Below, one piece after another: positions 1-10,991 of a DNA stretch of 23,997 nucleotides. The stretch is taken from positions 19,095,624 to 19,119,620 of the forward strand of contig JANKJI020000004.1 in assembly GCA_024626585.2 (NCBI GenBank), read 5' to 3'. Under the pieces are notes generated by a model that was given only the letters and a program-made list of their open reading frames with translations, did no database searches and was not told where the DNA came from. Positions within the stretch are counted from its first letter, which is position 1. The number at the start of each line of letters is the position of its first letter. The stretch comes from Ginkgo biloba (Eukaryota > Plantae > Ginkgophyta). The position numbers and the translations under genes were made by a program.

Positions 1-539
1 AAAGTCAACCTTATTTTCTTGTATAATGTGCACTCATTCCTACTTAGTCTCAAAAGAATAATAAAATTCAATAAAGTTGTTTATTTATCTATTTGTGAAA
101 TAGATAATGTAACCTATAAACATATATTTTGGCAGAGGAAAATAATTTGAGAACTGAGGAGATGATAGTACTTTTGATATGAAGTTACTACTATTTTATT
201 TTAAACCTAAGGTTTTATAGCCCCATAAATCATATAATTTGATTTATGAATTATGGTGATTATTCATTTACAAGAGTGTACGGTGTCCATAGTTAATTTT
301 GAATATTTGACTTTGAGAAAGAGGAAATTATTTAATGTTTCTTATTATCTCATAGGGTTTAATATGTTATTAAATGGTTAATGATAAAATACATATGGTT
401 CAATATTTTCATACCCTCTTTGTATGCAAACTATTATATTTCCATAATTTTGTCATGGATTTTATTTTCTTTTGATATTTTTATTAGTTTGAATCCCTTA
501 TGTACTTTAGAGTGTGAATAATATATAGATGTGTGAATA

Positions 540-850
540 GGAAGGATGAGATTCTTCCTACAAGTGGTGAGGTGGCAAGAGGAAGCAAAGAGATGGTCCT
601 TAAAGGTGGAAATGTGGCAAGAGGAGAGATCTAGGGATTCCAAGTGTAGGAGATTTCCCCTTCTATATGTAAAATAGTTGGAGAGGAGACTTATAAAAAT
701 TCATAGGTGATGTGTACTATGGTTCAATTAGAGAGGGAATAGTAAGTGGTGAAAAGTAGTCTCAATCTTATGGTTGTTGATGAGGTCCTCCTATACATAT
801 GAATTTATGTTTTTTACCATTATATTATTGTCTCTTGAGAATTACAAGTA
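540..850 (+). mobile_element. LTR-like segment
   Basis: Duplicated GTGGCAAGAGGA (572, 614), purine-rich tract and TATAAAA (692). No PBS or second copy was confirmed. Confidence 0.25.
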
Positions 851-3324
851 ATGTGAAAGAAAACAATTTAATGATATTGGTATTCTAGGGGAGGAATATC
901 CTTGGAGGATTAGTTTATATTTTTTTAATATGACCTGAGTGATTAGTTATTTGACATAGAGTTTTAGACATAATAGAGGCCCTTTATGAATGTGGTTTCA
1001 ATAAAAATTAATGAGAATTTGATAAATTAATAGAAGATAAGCAATTCTAACAAAATATTAAAATAATGAAGAAAGTAAATAATAAGAGCACATCCACAAG
1101 AATGCACAAGAGATTTAGCATGAGAAACCATTTTATAAGAAAACCCAACAAAAAATAACACTTTATTATATGTCAAAACAAGTGCTCCAAAGACCCCTCA
1201 CTTCATCATAGNNNNNNNNNNNNNNNNNNNNNNNNNNNNNNNNNNNNNNNNNNNNNNNNNNNNNNNNNNNNNNNNNNNNNNNNNNNNNNNNNNNNNNNNN
1301 NNNNNNNNNNNCCCAATATGCCATGATCATTATGCAAACAAAGTTGAGGAGATTTTGAAGCTCTTATGATTCTCATACTAGTAAAATGGTTGATTGAATG
1401 AGTTATTGAGTAAAATCTCATTTGATTTTTTACAGAATCTTTGGGGGGTGGTGTTTTTGGGTGTGTGCGTGTGCCATGATTTCATAGCTATTATCTCTAC
1501 AAGATTTAATACATTGGATGCATCTATGATATGTGCCTTGGAATTATTTATACAAAATTAAAATATATCTATGTCTCTCCCCCTCATGCCATTATAGTGG
1601 ATTATCAACTCCCTAAGTGAGAAATTATAGACTTGTAATAATTTCACATTATTTTTTTTAAAAAATATTGAAATTACAACATGTAATGTCAACATTTGCA
1701 TATTTTGTTAATGTTATATTTTCGATTATAGAAATTTTATGCCCATTTTTTTAGTGAGTGGCCATCTATCGATCAAATAGTTTATTCTTGATACCTTTAA
1801 TAGGTATGTAATATATCAAAACCATAGAATAATTTCAAATCATAACAAAGAAATGAAAAGAGGTGAGAATGAATCAATTTTGCAGAGTTCCACATTTCCT
1901 CTTTTGTTGCATTATTAACAAAACATTTATAGATTGAGGATTTATTTTTTGTGATAATCCTCTACCAAGATAATGTATTATGTTGTTAACCAAGGATATT
2001 AAAGGTGGATTTTTTTTATTGAAGCAATGTATTCTTCATGTATATTTCACATCCAATAATGATCACTTCTACTTGTTATTATTCAACTAGACTTTATTTT
2101 AAAGTGGGTAATATTTATCGGAAAGGAGTCAAATTTCATCTTAACCTCACACGCAATGTTTGCCAGCGCTTTCTATTCCTAACCATATGGTAGTTAAAGG
2201 ATGCCAAATACCTTCAACATGTTCCATGAATAATTTCGTCCTCCTAGAATTCAAGAAATACACTATGTGGTATTTATTCCAAATGACATTTAAATTAGCA
2301 TATCAAAACTCCAATAATCACATCTATGTCTATCATTTATAGACGACAGTCTTTATCGAGAGTATGTAAGAAACCACTTCACCATTCAGGAAGCCACAAA
2401 TGGCCACCCTCCATGAGTACATGCACTCTTATAGGTGCAAAGTTTACTAGATTGAATATTTGATAGTAAATTTAATGCTTAAAAAAAATTAAGGTTGTAA
2501 AATAAAATGAAAAAGCAAGAGGATATGATGATGGAAATACCAAAGGATATAAATGAGGAGTATCAAGTGGTAGTAATGGAATAAAAACCTCAAAAAAATA
2601 TATACTCAGGTAAGGAAGAGAACCTAATTCAAGAAAATTAATTAAGAAAAATAAATCACTCTCAGTGTTATTAAGAGGATTTTAATTGAATTTATATTAT
2701 AATGAATTCCAATTCAATTATTTATAAGTAATATAATTTGGAAAAAATTATACAAATAAGAACACTCAGGTTAATGGGAAACAAATAATTAAAGAATTAA
2801 TTAGGAATGTAGTATAGGTACAAATAGAAGGTCAAAATTAGAATAGGAAGGGTTCACCTCAAGATTTAAAGGAGATGATAAATAGATTATATGTGAATAA
2901 CTCCTATAAGGTGAAAATACTAGTGGGGGAATACCCATAACATTAATACCAATGCATAGGATCATCTTCCATTGATGATATCTAAATATATGTTTAAAAC
3001 ATAGAATACCACATATTTATTTACTCCATATTTTTTATTCCTTATAACATGGAATAAATATAAAGATGATGATGTGGGGATTTCCTATTGGACACAATTG
3101 ATAAGAATATAGATAAATGAAAGAAAGGAAAAGACAAGGAGGTAATACATCTAAGATTGATATGGTTGGTGATCAGTTNNNNNNNNNNNNNNNNNNNNNN
3201 NNNNNNNNNNNNNNNNNNNNNNNNNNNNNNNNNNNNNNNNNNNNNNNNNNNNNNNNNNNNNNNNNNNNNNNNNNNNNNATTTATTATCTTCCTTAAATTC
3301 TTATTGTTATGTATTGGCATTAAC

Positions 3325-4021
3325 AACTCATTTCATAACATCACTAGAAAAAACTTATTATAGGAATAAGAAAAGGCTTTATAGGTGAGATTCCTCTTTA
3401 TTCTAATCCCTTCCCCACTCAATATTTTAGATATTATCTAAAATTACAACTACTTTAACTATCGTTTAAGAATAAGAAATTCCTTAAATAATTCATCTAG
3501 TACTACATTCACTTTTATGATCCTCAATCATAATTAGATTCCTTTAGACTTAATACATAATTATAACATATCATTTACAAGGGTTGAAATATGGTACTCA
3601 AAAGTTTCTTACTATTAGAGCCTAAAAAAAACTTTATATTCAATTTAGAACACATTTCCTTGTTAAAGATAATAGAGCTTGATTCTTCTATTATTATTAA
3701 ATTAGTATAAAAAAATCCTAATATTTCTATTGGAGATAAATCGGTACTTGTAAAAAGGAATAAGATAATTCTATGAATCTTTAGTTTATAGACCTATTTG
3801 TAACATATATTTAAGATTGTATTAAACTTAGCGCCTTTTAAAATTTAGATTCCATAAAAATAAAAATTATTTTAAAGATGTTACAAGGATTATTTATTTT
3901 ATTTTACTTCTAAATACATGATCCCTCTTAAACAAATCAACCTACTTGCATTTACAATCCATTTATGAATATCATTATGCAAACCCANNNNNNNNNNNNN
4001 NAAGTTTTGTATGATTTACTT
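3325..4021 (+). repeat. Dispersed repeat, direct homologue of 19070-19767 (accessory ORF fragment)
   Basis: Shared blocks at an offset of about 15745 include AACATATCATTTACAAGGGTT, CTTGATTCTTCTATT, CTTTAGTTTATAGACCTATTT, ATGATCCCTCTTAA, AACCTACTTGCATTTACAATCCATTTATG and TATGCAAACCCA. It reads FYDPQS (3513), AFTIH (3948) and KFCMIYF (4002). Confidence 0.9.
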
Positions 4022-4619
4022 TAATAAAAAAATATATGTCTCACATGAGAATAATGACCTTCTCTATAATGATGACTAGTCTCCTTGTACCTATGTTCAC
4101 ACTTATCCAAGGCCTTATGAACCTATCTATGTACCCTCTAAATGTAATGAATGAAGTGTGAAAATTATCCATGACCTTGTCTCTTAGATGAGGAATATGT
4201 AAAAGGTAAGGATAAAGCNNNNNNNNNNNNNNNNNNNNNNNNNNNNNNNGGTAAAAACCCCAAGAAACCCCAAAATGAGAGATGCTAGTAGAGTGATGAA
4301 TGGATCTATTTTAGCTATGATATATGAATGGGGGAGATTCATCGCAAGCATTAGGATGACTATCATTGAAGATTGAAAATACATGTACCAAGGTTATATT
4401 CACTACCTCTATCTACCCATATGTTTATGGTTAAGAAAAAAATTATATCATCAACTTCATATCCATTATCATAAATAAATAAGTCAAAAAATGGCTCAAG
4501 AACCTACCATATCTATCTAAAATTATGGAAGGAGGTAACCAAAATTATGTCAAAACATGTGTGAAACATAACCTAGGAACCTATGTAGCTAAAATTGTCC
4601 TCTATAAAGTAATCAAAAT

Positions 4620-4725
4620 AGCCATCTTACTAAACATATCTACCACCAAAAAGATATAAGCATGTCATTTATGGGTCATTAGAAAACCTCCAAGAAAATC
4701 CATAGAGATGGATTCCCATGGTCTA
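4620..4725 (+). pseudogene. Possible integrase zinc-finger fragment (non-chromovirus gypsy)
   Basis: GH*KTSKKIHRDGFPWS (4674-4724) resembles GxxxTxxKIxxxGFxWP. The flanks are poorly conserved. Confidence 0.33.
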
Positions 4726-5371
4726 AATAGTATTGGAAAGGGTTGATACTTACCAAGCTTCTTATTAGAAGGCTTATAAGTGCAAAATAAAGGACAAGAT
4801 CAAATGAATCTCTCTACANNNNNNNNNNNNNNNNNNNNNNNNNNNNNNNNNNNNNNNNNNNNNNNNNNNNNNNNNNNNNNNNNNNNNNNNNNNNNNNNNN
4901 NNNNNNNNNNNNNNNNNNGGGTGGATCAAACTAAGCTTAGGACCCATAATCCTCTAAAAAATTGTAATCAATGGTGCTACAAGAACCTACATAAATTATA
5001 ATGGAAATGTAAAGTAATTCCAATAATCAACCAACTAAATAATAATAATCAATAACTATAATTTTGAGGTATATAAGTAGGCATCCTTAAATTCCTCTTT
5101 TTTATCTTGATATTTATACTTATAGGATATAAGGATATAATGAAACTATGAATATTCAGTCTAAAATTCCTCATTTACAACCATAATTGGCTAAATTATA
5201 GTCTGCTTAGTGAGGTTACCTTTGAAGTAAATGATATTGTGGCCTTAAGCTAAATGCATGCTGATTTCTTAAGTGAAAGCATTATCTATTATCCAAATCC
5301 AATGGCATTATACCTCTATCCACACACTAAATCATTATAATTTAAACTTATTATGGTCTATAACTTTAATT

Positions 5372-5749
5372 AGGAACATAACAAACCAAGTATATAAAAT
5401 AAACCTTCATTGAGGTAATAATCCCTCAAATAATACTCTTTAATAGTAAGAGGATCTGACAACTAATCCAAGACATATGAAACATCCTCATTAATAAAAT
5501 ATAAATATTTCTACTTAGGAAATCCAATGCAATAATAATTTAATACCTATAATAATAAGGGGATTAATGGTTGAATAAGGAAATATTCCACTATATTGTT
5601 GGTTCCCTTATTGTACTTTATGAGAATATGGAACAATTGAAGATACCTTATCTATTTGATGAATCTGTGATCTCTAGCTTTGATTAATAATGAAGGAATT
5701 AGATAAGTTGATGGTTTGAACTAATGGTGATCTCATTTCTAAGGATATA
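5372..5749 (-). pseudogene. pol: RNase H C-terminus and RNaseH-integrase linker of a second chromovirus (CRM-like)
   Basis: Minus strand reads YILRNEITISSNHQLI*FLHY*SKLE/RFIK*IRYLQLFHILIKYNKGTNNIVEYFLIQP...K*KYLYFINEDVSYVLD*LSDP...RDYYLNEGLFYILGLLC, matching YLLGKETVIHTDHQPLQYL...KWMxYLQQFHLVIKYKKGxxNxVADxLSRP...DYxLxDGLLYxLGxLCVP. Confidence 0.85.
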
Positions 5750-6096
5750 ATCTTTCTCATGCTTCACATATTACATTATCATATATATATATTGATGTGT
5801 TTTGATTTCATCATTCATAATTATTAAAGCACTATACATTAATAGTATTAAATGGTCTCAATATTTTATATTAATTGAGCACTTTATTAGATTACTTTAC
5901 ATTAATGTTTTAATTGTAATGTTCTCTAACTCACTTTATTTTATAAAATAATTATGTAACTAAGGCCATGATGCACTTAGTTANNNNNNNNNNNNNNNNN
6001 NNNNNNNNNNNNNNNNNNNNNNNNNNNNNNNNNNNNNNNNNNNNNNNNNNNNNNNNNNNNNNNNNNNNNNNNNNNNNNNNNNNGCCATTCATATTT

Positions 6097-6158
6097 TAGT
6101 GGAGTATTGATTGATTCTAGACTAATCTAGTGGAGTATTGATTGATTCTAGACTAATC
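6097..6158. repeat. Perfect 31-bp tandem duplication
   Basis: TAGTGGAGTATTGATTGATTCTAGACTAATC at 6097-6127 and 6128-6158. Confidence 0.95.
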
Positions 6159-6285
6159 AAGTGTCATACTTATTTTATCCATCCATTCATGCATTTCCAT
6201 GGTTCCATTAAAGGAATTGTCTAGTAACTTGACTTATAGGTTATAACCAATGTGATTGAATGTCTAGTTGTCACTAAGTACTTCT

Positions 6286-6475
6286 AACTTTTTTTCTCTT
6301 CCTAGTGTCCTTTTGTTTCTTCTACTTTTCTTAGGTTTGTACTTAGCTTATTTAGTATTTTATTGATTTCATCTAGGGATATGTCAACCTTTCCACTTCA
6401 CTTACTCATATTCTGTAGGGTGTTGTCTAAGTATGTCACCTTCCTGAGTAGATCCTGGTTTCTTTCTTCCTCCAT
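6286..6475 (-). pseudogene. Putative gag N-terminus (coiled-coil-like) downstream of the PBS
   Basis: ATG at 6475 gives MEEERNQDLLRKVTYLDNTLQNMSK*SGKVDISLDEINKILNKLSTNLRKVEETKGH*EEKKS*. Position and composition fit a gag start, but there is no diagnostic motif. Confidence 0.45.
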
Positions 6476-6524
6476 GCTAGATTGTAGTCTTATTACTGGA
6501 ATTACCTCCCTTTAAGATCATTAC

Positions 6525-6536
6525 AGTTTGATACCA
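6525..6536 (-). promoter_or_regulatory. Primer-binding site complementary to tRNA-iMet 3' end
   Basis: Minus strand TGGTATCAAACT matches TGGTATCAGAGC at 9 of 12 positions with the first 8 exact. It lies 2 nt from a putative LTR end and about 50 nt upstream of a gag-like ATG. Confidence 0.7.
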
Positions 6537-6538
6537 CT

Positions 6539-7260
6539 TATAGTGCACTAAGTGGGCAACAACCAAATAATAACAATTCATAATTAAATAGAATAACATT
6601 CCTAACAATTCATTATAATAATGATCCACCAACCGCTAGTAATAATCTCAACATGTAAATATCACAATCAAAATTGATCAAGATGGTGAGAGAAATATAA
6701 ATGATGGGTGTGGGATAACTGCTACCCACTAGATCAATTTTGAGATGAGAAATTTCTTCCTTTATGGTAGTCTTCAGCTTCAATTAGAAGAAGGAATGCT
6801 ATTTAAAAATTAGATGTGTAAAAATGATTAAATGATCTCTATTTATACCTCCAAGTTGTGTGTCTAATATTTGACTACCTCTAGGTTGGCTAGAGTTGTT
6901 ATTTTACACTTAGGAGACTCCTTAGATTAAGAAAAGTTGGCACCTTTCTTCTAAGCCTATCTACACTTATTCTTATGCTAAAATAGGGTGCCTTTGACTC
7001 CCTTTTGATGGAAAAGCCTCTTTTATGCTTTTAGTTGTGACTTGGGCAACTATAGAATGGATCTGGATCAACATCAATCTGAACTTATTTTTTTATGTTT
7101 TTACTCTTAGGTTGAGTTAAAGAATATTGTTCCTTATACTATGTAATATTCAATTTTTTTTAGCTTTATGACACTAATTTTCCTCCCATTCTATAATTTT
7201 CTCCTAAGTATATGAAACCTAAAACTTATATTTTTTTAATCTCAAACCCAGTCTGTTCAC
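6539..7260 (-). mobile_element. Putative 5' LTR of a minus-strand LTR retrotransposon (distal boundary uncertain)
   Basis: Abuts the PBS. The terminal CA appears as TA. It contains the LTR-type TATA box TATAAATAGAG (6847-6837) about 300 nt upstream of the PBS. No second LTR copy is present in the window. Confidence 0.5.
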
Positions 7261-7503
7261 TAACATATGGAATAATTTAACCTATAAGTAGTAAGAAAAA
7301 GAGATTGATATATAGTTAAGAAAACCAATTAATATATAAGTATCCATAAATCTAATAATAAATTTAGTATTAGTTTTAATTCAAAATGATTTGGAAGGAT
7401 CAAATCAATAATTAGATATTTAATTAATTACTCTCAATATCTAAAATCAATCTATTGTGAAAATTCTCTCAATATAATATCTTAAAGGATAATCCTAAGA
7501 TAA

Positions 7504-7602
7504 TTTTTTTTTTTAGATTGAAACTGGCCTTTCATTAACAAAATATCCAAAAAACATCAAGAGATACAACCCAAAACAATCATCTCAAATATATCTCAAG
7601 TA
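7504..7602 (-). mobile_element. Possible 3' end of a LINE/retroposed sequence with poly(A) tail
   Basis: Minus strand ...TTAATGAAAGGCCAGTTTCAATCT(A)11, a poly(A)-signal-like hexamer shortly before an A tail, preceded by T/G-rich UTR-like sequence. The rest is lost in the gap. Confidence 0.35.
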
Positions 7603-9009
7603 NNNNNNNNNNNNNNNNNNNNNNNNNNNNNNNNNNNNNNNNNNNNNNNNNNNNNNNNNNNNNNNNNNNNNNNNNNNNNNNNNNNNNNNNNNNNNNNNNN
7701 NNTTAAACACTAGTAGCACCCAATGCTTAAAGTAAAATTTATTTCATCAACTACTCTACTAACATAACCAATAGTTCTCGATCACATCAACATTGAAAGA
7801 ATATGAAAATATATAATTTCATTCAAATGGTTATCCAGGTTACAAGTATGGAATCTTGACAATTATAAGGGAAAATCAAACTCTTTGATTGAGATAATAT
7901 CAAAGTATCCCTTAAAAAAGATCAAAATAACCCATAAGGATGTACACAAGCTTCATACATAGATGTTGGTTCAACAATTTGCAAGATGATGACACTAGTG
8001 TTACGAACATAATTAAGAGAAGAAGAACACAAGGAAGAAAATAAACACAAGATGATATATGTATTGAGATATGTGAGCTTGTGATTGGCCTAAGTGATCT
8101 CTAATATTTTGTTAACATATGTCTTCACTTCATCGAGGATTTAGGGAACCTTAATTGAAAATAAAATCTCTCTTTGAAAAAGCCTGATACTTGATTTAAC
8201 ATAATTTATATTTCGTCAGGTCCATAGGGTCAAGGTTTTAGGATTCTTTCATAATCTGACATGCCAACTCCTAAACTCTTATTTCCTGATCATTGAACTT
8301 GAAATGAGATTTAAGAGGGGTGCATAATTTTATTGTGTTCACAACCTCGAGGAACTTTATGCTCAACAACTCTAAGAGCCCAGTCTCTAATAACTCACCC
8401 TAGACCCAAACATAATTTAAAATTAGAATCAATAATAAATGTAAGTACTAGGGAGTATCCCTAGGCTCACCAAGGATATTTCTTCAAAATTTCTACTTTC
8501 TTAACCTAGATTTATTCCCTAACAAAACTTATCACTTATGATTTCATTTTGTATTTAGGAAGATATTAGCCAGTTCTAGCAGAAACCCAAAGTAGTTAAT
8601 CCTTGACCTCACTTAATATCCCTCTCATNNNNNNNNNNNNNNNNNNNNNNNNNCATGAAGGATGAGGTTAGCGAAAAATTATAACTTTAAAAAACTAAAA
8701 CTCCTAATCACATGGCATGATCTTCATATTATTGTGATGAACTCATTCTCCAAGAGTGGCCCCATTTATGGGTTAACATGATACTTTAATGAAATCACTA
8801 TGGAATCTAAAATAAGATTATTCATGCTATAATATATAAATTATTCTTTGACTTGAGCTGGTTAAAGAAATAATCTCTCTCTCCTCTTTTATGGTGTCTG
8901 AAGTTATGAGAGTGAGGGTTCAATCTACCTTGAGTTGTCCATCAATATCTATAAATACTTATCCTTCCCAATTTTTCCCTAAGGATTTTAACTATAACCT
9001 TTATTACTT

Positions 9010-9290
9010 CTTATATATCTAACATTATTTTATACTATGGCAATGAATCTTATAAAATTTATAATATATATCCTTCTTAGGAATAAAATAACCTTTACCT
9101 TTATAATAGAATTCCTTTATGCTTCCTTCTAACTCTTTCCCTTTATTTTAGGATTAAGTCACATGATAGAGGATGGGATTTCTCCTTTGAATTGTATTTT
9201 TATCTTTAAAAGCATGGGTGAAATATTTATCTAATGTTGGAATTTGCACAAAATCTAACTCCTATTAAATAGAGGAGTAAATTCCATGTT
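9010..9290 (-). pseudogene. gag: gag C-terminal remnant with degenerate CCHC zinc knuckle (CRM-like)
   Basis: GIYSSI**ELDFVQIPTLDKYFTHAFK (from 9285), then YKFYKIHCHSIK*C (9063-9022), which has exact C-X2-C-X4-H-X4-C spacing with the first two Cys codons read as TAT instead of TGT. Confidence 0.65.
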
Positions 9291-9507
9291 CTACCATATA
9301 TGGGACCCATTTAAAATTTTACTGACAACAAATGAAGTTTCACCTTAAATAGAATATTAGAGTTGCATATTTGGCGTACCTTAAGTGAAAGATATAAATT
9401 ATGATCTAGGAACATCCCAATACTTGTAATAATTCTGATGATTAGAGAATTTTGGTGTTCGTAGGAGCCCAAAACTATAAGACCAAAATAAGGCCAAATA
9501 GAGAATA

Positions 9508-9531
9508 AATTATCAAATGCATTTGATAATT
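9508..9531. repeat. Perfect 24-bp palindrome at a contig end
   Basis: AATTATCAAATG|CATTTGATAATT, followed one base later by a 100-N gap. Confidence 0.9.
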
Positions 9532-9754
9532 ANNNNNNNNNNNNNNNNNNNNNNNNNNNNNNNNNNNNNNNNNNNNNNNNNNNNNNNNNNNNNNNNNNNN
9601 NNNNNNNNNNNNNNNNNNNNNNNNNNNNNNNNATAATTCTTAAGAATTACCTTATTGATAACTATGTTTTTGGATGATAATAAATTAAGGTAGAACTTTA
9701 CATTTTCAACTTAGGTGAAGCATTATTTTAATAGAGAAGATATTTCATATTGAT

Positions 9755-10991
9755 TTGGCATTCAAGAACTATGATAAGTATATTAAGAGAAGACATAATG
9801 GGATAAAAAATACTAGTCATCCATTCAATAATCAAGATCACAAACACCTTACAAATATATCATATCAAATTGATAAATTTATTGATATGATACTAGATAA
9901 ANNNNNNNNNNNNNNNNNNNNNNNNNNNNNNNNNNNNNNAATTTAATCTAAGTAGTAGTTATACCTGAGATGACATTATTCTAGTCACTAATAGAATGGT
10001 ATGCTCAAATATTTGATCCTAGGATTAGAAACATTATTTTTTTCACTAGAAATATATTGTGTGTTCTTATTCTATAAATATTTAAGTATATGCTACACCT
10101 CCCTCTCCATGCGAGAATTTTGTTCTTTAAGATAGTATAGGATTTCTTCTAGAANNNNNNNNNNNNNNNNAGAATTTCATCTTTTGTAAATGCTTGGATG
10201 GAGAAGAATGTAAATAAACCCGTAAATAATGAATTTTATGATGTAAATAAATTTAAAAATATCCTATATAATATTATAATTTCCTTCCTAGATTGATTTT
10301 TTGGCAAAAAGGATAAAAGTAAAGTTTATTTCTATATGATTTTTCTTATTGTTAAAAATTTTGAAAAGAGGTTCTCTTTTAATTGGACACACATTATTAG
10401 TGAGAATATATCACCAAGATTATAAATTTTCCTCATCCCATTATTTTTATATGACTTCATATTTAGTTTATGATTTGTTATTTGCACTAAATTTTCCTGG
10501 AATATCTTGTAATGCCTACAATAGAGATTGGAAGAGGTTACCAGTATCATAAAGTTTGGAAAGAAAATTTCAAGAATTATTTTTTAATATTTCATGATAA
10601 TTTTGTCTTAAAGTTATCTTATCTCTTGGAAAATGAGAATTCCAATGAGTAACCTTTGCTACAAGAGATGATTTGTATGGAATTAGTGATTAGTACCTAA
10701 AGAAGGATTTCACCTATGTTTTTTTATATGGTTTTAAGGAACAACCCTATCATCTACTAAATTTTTTAGATGATAATAATTTAATATATAAAATATGAAA
10801 ATAAATTTATTCAGTTCACCAAATATTGTTATAAAATGAAAAGAATATTTCTTTACACACCTTTCCTCTACAACTAGATGACCTAACTATCATAAATTTG
10901 GGACATATTAAATATTTTCCTAAAAGGATAAAATCCTTTTGATTGGAGATGATGGATATGAGGTATTATGATCCTAAAGGATTTTTTTATT
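9755..10991 (+). pseudogene. Decayed accessory (non-gag/pol) ORF of unknown function, probably retrotransposon-borne
   Basis: Protein-like reading over about 1.2 kb with few frameshifts: IPEMTLF*SLIEWYAQIFDPRIRNI (9961-10035)...MLHLP...FNWTHIISENI (10378)...FYMTSYLVY (10445)...FPGI...HDNF (10593)...ISD*YLKKDFTYVFLYGFKEQPYHL (10682-10756)...FPLQL...RYYDPKG (10961). It overlaps track ORFs 9755, 10349 and 10943. Confidence 0.7.

Noticed and set aside
434-643. Short track ORFs without motifs (also 1206, 3042, 4184, 10332, 14419, 16479, 21478)
   Set aside because: Low-information chance or antisense ORFs, many spanning N runs.
4937-5030. Integrase GPY/F-like fragment (LGPIIL*KIVINGA)
   Set aside because: Short, degenerate and at a contig edge.
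7950-7970. Second minus-strand PBS/LTR junction (GCTTCATACATAGATGTTGG)
   Set aside because: Too degenerate relative to GCTCTGATACCA to support, although the downstream sequence is LTR-like.
8120-8628. Minus-strand LINE ORF1-like frame (ILKKYPW*A*GYSLVL)
   Set aside because: One weak motif and many stops; cannot be distinguished from chance.
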